A stretch of 64,000 nucleotides of DNA from Eledone cirrhosa (lineage: Eukaryota), in assembly GCA_964016885.1 (NCBI GenBank), contig OZ024756.1, positions 11,718,001 to 11,782,000 of the forward strand, given 5' to 3'. The translations under genes were made by a program, and so were the position numbers. Shown piece by piece: positions 54,344-64,000 of the stretch. The notes under the pieces were generated by a model. That model was not told the DNA's origin. It was given only the letters and a program-made list of their open reading frames with translations, and searched no databases. Numbering within the stretch: position 1 is the first letter of the stretch; each line of letters begins with the position of its first letter.

Positions 54344-54403
54344 TGGTTTCAGATAAAGAATCTTGCTAAACAAATTCAGAAACGAAATATATATATATAT
54401 ATA

Positions 54404-54550
54404 TATTTATTAAAATAACAGATTCAAGTTTAAGCAAAGAATCGCTGCTTTCACCCTCAACGGGATCTTCTGAAACTGTTTCAGAAGATCCCGTTAAGGG
54501 TGAAAGCAGCGATTCTTTGCTTAAATTTTAATCTGTTATTTTAATAAATA
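54404..54550. repeat. Palindrome (~72-bp arms) of a Penelope-like fragment with a variant hammerhead core
   Basis: Centre ..ctgaaactgtttcag..; each arm reads CAGAAGA-tccc..gggt-GAAA-gca..tgc-TT|aaa. Confidence 0.88.
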
Positions 54551-54655
54551 TTTGCTCTACGGTTCTTATATATTTGATATATATTTATCCTTATCGAGCC
54601 CTCTTTGGATTTTAGTCTTCAATTTTATTATTATTACTATATATATATATATATA

Positions 54656-54855
54656 CTAGCTGAGGTACCCGGTAATACCCAGTTCCCATTAAAATGCCCA
54701 ATGCCTCTCAGACCAAAAATAAATGAAATATACGTAAGAAATCAAATGGGTATGAGCCCAACACACGTGTCAAGTTTCATCAAGATCAGTTTGGTAGTTT
54801 TTAAGTTTTAGGTTCACAAACACTCACACAAACAGACAGAAATTGCCATTTATGT
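54656..54855 (-). mobile_element. Short non-autonomous Helitron
   Basis: Minus-strand end ctgggtattaccgggtacctcagCTAG|T (hairpin + CTAG). Confidence 0.65.
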
Positions 54856-54874
54856 ATATATATATATATATATA

Positions 54875-55220
54875 TGGAGGTACATGGCTTAGTGGTTAGA
54901 GCATTGGCCTTGCAATCGAAAGGTTGTGAGTTCAATTCTCAGACCGGGTGATGTGTTGTTTCCTTGAGCAAGACACTTTATTTCACATTGCTCCAGTTTA
55001 CTCAGCTGTAGAAATGAGATGCTAGGGATTGAGGTCCCTATGATTCCACTGCAAAGTGGTCGTGGAGGTGCCACGGCAAAAAAGCACCCAGTACTCACTG
55101 TAAATGAGGTTGGTGTTAGGAAGGGCATCCAGCTGTAGAAATCAAGCCAGTATCAGTTCCCGTCCCACCCTTGCAAGCAGGGGAAAAGCGGACGTAAAAT
55201 GAAATGATGATGATGAATGA

Positions 55221-55222
<2 letters not shown>
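54875..55222 (+). mobile_element. SINE family B, full length, in (TA)n
   Basis: Closely similar to 23967-24305. Confidence 0.9.
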
Positions 55223-55262
<40 letters not shown>

Positions 55263-55307
55263 AGAACAAAGTGGAGATGTTACATAGGAGATTTATTGGT
55301 TAATCCT

Positions 55308-55387
55308 GGTTACAAATGTTTCTCAAGCAGCTCGTGATCTGGGATGGCACCCCAGACCAGACTCCAAGACTGCCTGCTCCTCAGACC
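55308..55387 (-). ncRNA. Hammerhead-like motif with long helix II
   Basis: ggt-CTGAGGA-gcaggcag..ctgcttga-GAAA-catttg-TA|acc. Confidence 0.45.
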
Positions 55388-55863
55388 TGTGTTAACACAA
55401 CAAAAATCACATCAAATCTGAAGACGAACCAGCCAGACACAAACAAGCCTATAGAATGACCAAACACGGGCCTAGAATTCAACGGACGCACCTGTAGTAG
55501 AAACCAACCCAAAATCAGTTCTGTATGAGCAAGACATGTTCACCTGACCTGGCATTGCCCACAACAAGACAATTCATCTAACCCATGTTAGCATGGAAGA
55601 ATGGACGTAAAATGGTGATGATGATGATTTGCATACTTCATTTATTTATATATATATAAATGCGGACAAAAAATGATGATGATGATATATATGTGTGTGT
55701 GTGCATATATATATACATACATACATAATTTATATATATAAAGCGAATAACTATGTATCTACTCTGGGATTTTACATAACATTACCTATTGAGTATGCTG
55801 AGATGCAACCGGTACTAGCAGTGAAACCCATGCTGGTCCCGTCAACTTATATATATATATATT

Positions 55864-56056
55864 TATATCAAAGGTATATATTGAGTTAGAAACTCAAAAT
55901 AGTCTCTTACAATAAAATAGCTCTAAGAATGAGATATTTCCAAGCCGTAATTGAATATTCAATTATAATATACGGCTCGGAAAATCTCTTTCTTAGAGCT
56001 ATTTCATTGTAAGAGACTATTTTGAGTTTCTAACTCAATATATACCTTTGATATAT
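55864..56056. repeat. Fold-back inverted repeat (~85-bp arms) next to (TA)n
   Basis: tatatcaaaggtatatattgagttagaaactc...gagtttctaactcaatatatacctttgatata. Confidence 0.9.
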
Positions 56057-56230
56057 TCGGCTCCGTTAATTTGTTGAGCTAATTCAAATGTCGAGTAAAC
56101 CTGGCTGCTATTTTTAGTGGTATGAGTTTGTGAGGCACGCGAAGTTCAGATACCATGTGCGTTATTATATATACGCACACTATTCAGTTTTTTAATATAC
56201 TTAGAAGTGTCCAGGATAATAATTCTTCAC

Positions 56231-56302
56231 CCACTGATGAGCAAGAATTGGTATTCCTCTTCACAATTAATATTGCGAAACAGCATTACCAAAGCTGTCC
56301 TA
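56231..56302 (+). ncRNA. Degenerate hammerhead motif
   Basis: CTGATGA-gcaa..ttgc-GAAA-cagc..gctg-TC. Helices II and III are intact, helix I is lost. Confidence 0.5.
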
Positions 56303-56521
56303 TTGATTGGTAGTTACCACAATTCCGGTTTGTATTTATTTTCTTGATTTATTCTTAAATTGAGTCTGGCAAACCCTATTGTCTATAGTTAGTATTCTTT
56401 TCACCTTAGCGAATCTGGTCCCTTACGATTTGAACACATATATCTATATATCTGTGTTCGTTTTTCTTTTATATTCAATTATAATATATATTTATATATT
56501 TATTTATTTCTCTATTCCCAG

Positions 56522-56647
56522 TTCCACCTATTTCTGTGAGGAAATCATGCCTGACAGCGGGCCTAAAAACACCAGTGGATGGAGACGCTACCATTTACGA
56601 CGTATTGGTCCAAAAGCCAGCAAACAGGGAGTAGCAGATATCATGGA
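56522..56647 (+). CDS. Candidate 126-nt internal host exon, phase 2-2
   Basis: Polypyrimidine acceptor tttctctattcccag|, donor GA|gtaagt, GC-richer than flanks, one open frame STYFCEEIMPDSGPKNTSGWRRYHLRRIGPKASKQGVADIM. Confidence 0.6.
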
Positions 56648-57594
56648 GTAAGTTACCATTTGTTTGTATTATTATTGTTTTGATGTTGTTGTTGTTGCTG
56701 TTGTTGCACTGAGTCTGTGTCTGAACTCGGGGCCAGTCATATCACACCACACTGTGTGTGTATCACACTGAATCTCCCTGAGTTAAATGGCACACATGTT
56801 TGTTGAATGCTCAGGCATTTGCATGTTGCTTTCATGAGCAAGCTGTTCCATAGTTCAATGAACTGGTTAATTACAAATACACCTTAAAATAATTAATTAC
56901 ATTTTAAAACATGACAAAGCATGGTTACCTTTCTGTCCAAATTCCTGGTCAGTGTGTTAAAAAAAAAAAAGAAATAGTTAAAAAAAACAACAAACAAAGA
57001 AAAGTATTTTTAGATGTTCTGTTGTGTTTTGTGTTTGTTTTGTGATTTTTACTGTTTACAATACCTTTTATGGTCATCTTCATTTAAAAGATACACAGAA
57101 CAGGTTGATGAATTAGTAGAGAATATTGGACAAAATATATTGTTGAGTTTGTATCTGGCAGTGAATTGACCAAGTTTGTTAAGGATTAAATACTCCACGC
57201 TTATATTTGTTCTGGCTTTCTGTCTGTACTCTGAGTTCAAAATCTCATTAAGGTCACCTTTGCTTTTCATCCTTACAGGTGAGAGTGCCAGAGGGTGGGA
57301 GGCAAGGACTGGGTGGTCTTGATAAATGAAATACTTGTCGGTGGTGGTGGTGGATTGGGGAGATTGTTAGCATATCTGACAGGGTGGGTGTCTTGCGATA
57401 CCCCTGCCATTTGTAGATAGCACTGCTTCCATGCTGTGTGAGCCTTGTCTTTCCTTCCTTTACACAATATTGGTGGCATGGACAGGAACGACACTTTCTC
57501 AGGGCTACATGTTGGGGGCCAACTTTACCGGTGCAGTTCTGTGGTCTCATGAGAGACATATGTATACCTGAGCTATTCTGGCTCTTATTATATT

Positions 57595-57773
57595 ATTGGC
57601 AGTATTGGTAGAGGGTTGGATGCCATGCTTTGACGCATAGTTACGGCCCTTGCCATTCTGAGTTCAAATCCCGCCGAGGTTAACTTTGCCTTTCATCCTT
57701 ACGGGGTCGATAAAATAAAGTACCAGTAATGTACTGGGTAATTACTGGCCTTGTGCCAAAAGTAGAAACAATT
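57595..57773 (+). mobile_element. SINE family A copy
   Basis: A and B boxes plus core. A decayed copy lies at 57160-57350. Confidence 0.88.
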
Positions 57774-58530
57774 ATATTACCCATTGTTTACCTCAGCTAT
57801 TCTGACCCTTAATTTATTAACCCGTTGTTATACCTCAGCTATTCTGGCCCTTAATATATTACCCATTGTTTACCTCAGCTATTCTGACCCTTAATTTATT
57901 AACCAGTTGTTATACCTCAGCTATTCTGACCCTTAATATATTACCAATTGTTTACCTCAGCTATTCTGACCCTTAATTTATTACCCAGTTGTTATACCTC
58001 AGCTATTCTGACTCTTAATATATTACCCAGTTGTTATACCTCAGCTATTATGACCCTTAATATATTACCCATTGTTTACCTCAGCTATTCTGGCCCTTAA
58101 TTTATTAACCAGTTGTTATACCTCAGCTATTCTGGCCCTTAATTTATTAACCAGTTGTTATACCTCAGCTATTCTGACCCTTAATTTATTAACCAGTTGT
58201 TATACCTCAGCTATTCTGATCCTTAATATATTACCCATTGTTTACCTCAGCTATTCTGACCCTTAATTTATTAACCAGTTGTTATATCTCAGCTATTCTG
58301 ACCCTTAATTTATTAACCAGTTGTTATACCTCAGCTATTCTGACCCTTAATATCTTACCCAGTTGTTATACCTCAGCTATTCTGACCCTTAATATATTAC
58401 CCATTGTTTACCTCAGCTATTCTGACCCTTAATTTATTAACCACTTGTTATACCTCAGGTATTACGACCCTTAATTTATTAACCAGTTGTTATACCTCAG
58501 GTATTATGACCCTTAATTTATTAACCTGTT
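57774..58530. repeat. Minisatellite, ~18 x 40/42 bp
   Basis: Unit tatacctcagctattctgacccttaatttattaaccagttgt. Confidence 0.95.
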
Positions 58531-59164
58531 GTCAATAAGGACAAGCTGACATCTTGATAATCTCTCATTGGATTAACAAATTAGTTATATTCAGAATTGT
58601 TGAAGTTTATTTTGTATTGTTTTAAATTTCACCTGTCTTCTGTTTCAGGTGTAAGTTAGCGTTTTCTTTGTGTGTATGACTGTCTTATGTCATTAACCCT
58701 TCATTACGATATTTCTAATGAAAGACACTGTCTACGTCTTTAACCCTTTCATTAGCATATTTCTAATAAAAGACACTGTCTATGTCATTAACCCTTTCAT
58801 TACCATATTGCTAATAAAAGACACTACCTATGATATTCAAATAATTTTGGAACTAATCAAATATTTTCAGAGATTTAGTTAATAAATAACTTTCTCATTA
58901 TTAAGTTGCTATTTGAAACATAACTTAACAATGGTTCTTACATAAAATTATGATGAAGGATTCTTAGATAAATACGAACAATTTAAAACAAACGGTTTTG
59001 TAACATAGAATTGTGGACAATTTCTGACAGGTTTTTGTATCAAAAGAGTTGAAGTGTTAAACTCCTATTTGTGTAAATATCAAATTAACCCTCTAATTAA
59101 CATGCTGCAATTATTTGTAGAATTATAATCAATTTTCCAACATTATTGTGACAATGTACATTAA

Positions 59165-60630
59165 TCTATATATATAAAACTGTGGTTGTCTGTCTGTCTA
59201 TCGATTTTTGGCACACATCTCCTCTTAGAATCTCTCACGGAATTGCACCGAAATTGCTATACTTGTACATTGAGCCCTAGCGAAGACATCGGAAAAAAAA
59301 TATTTCAAATTGACCCACCCTATGTGACGAAATCGAATATAATGTATCGATTTTTGAGCGTAAGTTATCAGTTATTTCCCTTTGTTCTGTTTACATTGAG
59401 CGTCTTACGTAAAAAATTACGCTGGCTTTCTCAGCGTTTAAAATGACATTTGCAAAATTCATCAGTTCGAACACTAAGCTTCCGTTTTGCTTCATTTCCA
59501 TTTAAAAGCATTTTAAAACAATATTTTTACTTGAAAACAAGTCTATTTAAAGACTACGTAAAACAAGCAAATATTTCGTCGTTAGGCGTGCAGACAGACA
59601 GTCGTGCAGACAGACAGTCGTGCAGAGAGGTGATATACGCGTGCAGACAGACAGTCGTGCAGAGAGGTGATATAGGCGTGCAGACAGACAGTCGTGCAGA
59701 GAGGTGATATAGGCGTGCAGACAGACATCTATCTATATATATAAAACTGTGGTTGTCTGTCTGTCTATCGATTTTTGGCACACATCTCCTCTTAGAATCT
59801 CTCACGGAATTGCACCGAAATTGCTATACTTGTACATTGAGCCCTAGCGAAGACATCGGAAAAAAAAAAATTTCAAATTGACCCACCCTATGTGACGAAA
59901 TCGAATATAATGTATCGATTTTTGAGCGTAAGTGATCAGTTATTTCCCTTTGTTCTGTTTACATTGAGCGTCTTACGTAAAAAATTACGCGGCTTTCTCA
60001 GCGTTTAAAATGACATTAACACAATACACGAACAGACAGTTGTCGAGCCAGCAAAATATTGACCTGCAAAATTCATCAGTTCGAACACTAAGCTTCCGTT
60101 TTGCTTCATTTCCATTTAAAAGCATTTTAAAACAATATTTTTACTTGAAAACAAGTCTATTTAAAGACTACGTAAAACAAGCAAATATTTCGTCGTTAGG
60201 CGTGCAGACAGACAGTTGTGCAGACAGGTGATATAGGCGTGCAGACAGACAGTCGTGCAGAGAGGTGATATAGGCGTGCAGACAGACAGTCGTGCAGAGA
60301 GGTGATATAGGCGTGCAGACAGACATAACTGATAATTTGGTTACGCTAATGTTTTTCTCTGCGTTGCAGTGTTTACATTTTCGATCTTTGTTAATAAATA
60401 ACCAGTGCAGTTTCTATCCCCAGCATCCTCTTTTGTTATAACATTCGGGTTATCGTTATGTTTTCTTAACTTCATAAGGCATATTGTTGGTTGAGGGAAT
60501 ATTAATCAAAAACACCACATGCAAGTCTGCACAGTAGACACTACAGTTTTTAAGCCAAGAAAGAAACTTAACATTGTAACTTTAACACAGCTACTGAGCG
60601 ACCCCGAGCAACGCCGGGCTTTACTGCTAG
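59165..60630 (+). mobile_element. Non-autonomous Helitron with tandemly duplicated 5' portion
   Basis: A|TCTATATATATAAAAC start; 3' hairpin CCCGAGCAACGCCGGG then CTAG|T. 59165-59727 is repeated from ~59732. Internal 37-bp repeats. Confidence 0.88.
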
Positions 60631-60671
60631 TCAGTGATAGTATAGTGTAATGTTAGGTATTCTATGTACCG

Positions 60672-61580
60672 TTACTATTGTATATAGAACATAGTCTACC
60701 ATTACTGTTGTATATAGAACATAGTCTATAGTATTATTGTATATAGAACATAGTCTATAGTACTATTGTATATAGAACATAGTCTATAGTATTATTGTAT
60801 ATAGAACATAGTCTACAGTACTATTGTATACAGAACATAGTCTATAGTACTATTGTATATAGAACATAGTCTATAGTACTATTGTATATAGAACATAGTC
60901 TACAGTACTATTGTATACAGAACATAGTCTACAGTACTCTTGTATATAGAACATAGTCTATAGTATTATTGTATATAGAACATAGTCTATAGTACTATTG
61001 TATATAGAACATAGTCTATAGTATTATTGTATATAGAACATAGTCTATAGTACTATTGTATATAGAACATAGTCTATAGTATTATTGTATATAGAACATA
61101 GTCTATAGTACTATTGTATATAGAACATAGTCTACAGTACTATTGTATATAGAACATAGTCTACAGTACTATTGTATATAGAACATAGTCTATAGTACTA
61201 TTGTATATAGAACATAGTCTACAGTACTATTGTATATAGAACATAGTCTACAGTACTATTGTATATAGAACATAGTCTACAGTACTATTGTATATAGAAC
61301 ATAGTCTATAGTACTATTGTATATAAAACATAATCTACAGTAACTATTGTATATAGAACAGTCTATAGTATAGTGTAATGTTAGGTGTTCTATATACCGT
61401 TACTATTGTATATAGAACATAGTCTACAGTACTATTGTATATATAACATAGTCTATAGTACTATTGTATATAGAACATAGTCTACAGTACTATTATATAT
61501 ATAACAGTCTATAGTAACTATGGTATGTAACATAGTTTATAGTAACTATGGTATATAACATAGTCTATAGAACTATGGTA
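60672..61580. repeat. Minisatellite, ~30 x 29 bp
   Basis: Unit tactattgtatatagaacatagtctatag. Confidence 0.95.
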
Positions 61581-62440
61581 TTACAGTTTATTTTAATATT
61601 GTATTAGCTTTATCTTAAAACAGGGTGAGTCATCTCAATTTTTCCTTCTTTTTATTATTATTTTATTAGTTTGTAAAAGAACCCCCTGTCTTGAAAGTCA
61701 GTTGTGCTTTTGTTGGGCAGTAGAAAAGTCCAAATATCTCGTTACATCTAAGATATTTATCAAGATTAGAATAATTTCTGTGATATAGGCATTGACGTTT
61801 TTATGTCTTTGTTTTCAATGCTGGCATGAGTAAGAGCACCAATAACTACCTCCATCTCCTCCTCCCTTGGCCACTACCTTCACCCCCCCCCCTCCCTCCC
61901 CCCCCCTCTCCTCCATTGGCCACCACTACTTTTACCTCATCTTTCATCATTTTCACCTTCCTGAGAATCTCAATTCTTTATTTTCACCCCACCCCCCCAC
62001 CCCCGACTACTCACCACAGCCCCCCCCCCCCCAACCCCCTTGTTGATTTCACTGCCAGTGTATCCCATTTATCCTCATCACCATTATCGTCCACCCTCAT
62101 CACTACATACATGTCCAGCTCTCCTAAATAACCTGGATGGTTTTAACTTCCTAGCCATTGTCTTATCCTATCTAAACCCAACTTTCTTTTGATTTCTCTT
62201 GCATATCCTATGAATCATGGTTACATCACTTCTTTCAATCTCAGCTCATACACACATACACACACACACAGATAAATATGTACACATACACAACACATAC
62301 ACAAACTGGCAGAGACAGACAAATATATACATACACATATATATATATACATATATACATATAAACCAAAACACAAACAGGCATAGATATGCATACACAA
62401 ACAGGTTCAGACATATAAATATATATATATATATACATAT

Positions 62441-62475
<35 letters not shown>

Positions 62476-62774
62476 CATATATACATACAAAAGAAACACA
62501 CAAATAGGCATAGATATGCATACACAAACCGGTTTAGACATATAAATATATATATATATATATACACACATACATATATACATACAAAACAAACACACAA
62601 ACAGGCATACACATTCAGTTATATATATATATATATATATATACACATACATATATACATACAAAACAAACACACAAACAGGCATACACATTCAGTTATA
62701 TATATATATATATATATATACACATACATATATACATACAAAACAAACACACAAACAGGCATACACATTCAGTT

Positions 62775-62829
<55 letters not shown>

Positions 62830-63010
62830 CATTGGTACTCCTACTACGATATATGTCTAAAATTCGCTTCTATAACAGATTACAGCTCTAAAATATCTTC
62901 CATTTATTTCATATGATGCAAGAATTCTTTAGTCTTCGGACTTTTAATGTTGCAACAAATGTTAATCATGCTGCAAAGATAGTAAGATTAATGTGTTGTT
63001 TCTAACCTTT

Positions 63011-63148
63011 CTCCCACCCTTAGACATACCCTCTCTCTCCCACCCTTAGACATACCCTCTCTCTCCCACCCCTAGACATACCCTCTCTCTCCCACCCCTA
63101 GACATACCCGCTCTCTCCCACCCCTAGACATACCCTCTCTCCCACCCT
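63011..63148. repeat. Minisatellite, ~5 x 26 bp
   Basis: Unit ctcccacccctagacataccctctct. Confidence 0.85.
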
Positions 63149-63258
63149 CAATTTCAGCAAGATATGTCATTTCATCCCCCTCCCACCTTCAGTTTGATAT
63201 GTGTTCTTGAACAAGACACTCCATTTCAGCTCACCCAGTTCTCTATCATTAATCCTTT

Positions 63259-63399
63259 TAATAATAATAATAATAATGAAATTATTGTGTACAGTGCTCA
63301 GGTGCACTACAACTCATCAAAGGTGCATGTATAGTACATAGAATAATGTACAAATGCCAGGAAAGTGAACAGTGTATGAGTCATGATATACACACAGAT

Positions 63400-63462
<63 letters not shown>

Positions 63463-64000
63463 GAGGGGGGATATCAGGTGTAGTTTTGGCGAATTTCGGG
63501 AAGCATGAGGGTTTTAAAGGATGCAGTGTCTTGACAGCTAACAACTGATGCAGGTAGTTTGTTCCATGCTTCAGCAACTCTAAGTGTGAAAAAATGTTTC
63601 CGAAAGTCATGGGAGCTGTGGTGTTTCTGACTTTGTAGGCATGTCCACGCGTGTTAGACACATGGAGATCAAAAGGTACTCAGGGTTGTTGTAGGCAAGA
63701 TGGTTAATAATTTTGTGGGTGTTTACCAAATCAGTTTCCAGACGCCGGAGCTTCAAAGTATCCATGCCCACGGAAGCGAGGCATTCAGAGTATGGTAGAT
63801 GCCTAATGGAGAGTATTTGCTTGGTTGCACGTCTCTGAACAGTTTCCAGGAGGTCAATGTTCTCAGCAATATAGGGGTTCCAGACTGATGATGCGAATTC
63901 CAAGTGTGGTTGTACCGTAGCTGTATACAGCTTTAAATAGATGGCTGGAGAGTGGCTGAAAAAGGTCGTGCTCAGTGATACCAAAACACCCTCGGCCTTC
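63259..64000 (-). mobile_element. CR1/L2-group LINE 3' part (runs off the window)
   Basis: LYTATVQPHLEFASSVWNPY..LETVQRRATK, TRGHAYK; (TTA)n tail. Same family as 4675-6775. Confidence 0.92.

Noticed and set aside
62932-62981. Possible exon LRTFNVATNVNHAAKI
   Set aside because: Splice signals are weak and an equally plausible acceptor exists on the opposite strand.

Overview
This window is AT-rich, microsatellite-saturated animal nuclear DNA. The SINE/LINE repertoire suggests a coleoid cephalopod such as Octopus (inference, not searched). Nearly all ORF-track entries are simple-repeat artefacts. The real content is mostly mobile DNA: (1) one near-intact RTE/BovB-like LINE ORF with APE endonuclease, RT and three C2H2 fingers (28627-32127, minus), sitting in a (TACA)n tract next to a bipartite non-autonomous relative; (2) many 5'-truncated RTE and CR1/L2 fragments, a decayed Gypsy element, Penelope-like (GIY-YIG) fragments, Helitrons, piggyBac-like TTAA MITEs and two tRNA-derived SINE families; (3) many minisatellites grown out of transposon pieces. 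The most striking hidden layer is about ten dispersed minimal hammerhead-ribozyme (HHR) motifs (CUGANGA...GAAA...UH). Many lie in short fold-back inverted repeats next to (TA)n, and one degenerate hammerhead core is amplified into a 14x56-bp satellite (9301-10082). A few short candidate host-gene exons (+ strand, 43.8-56.6 kb) suggest the window is largely intronic. Coordinates were read by eye and may be off by a few bases.
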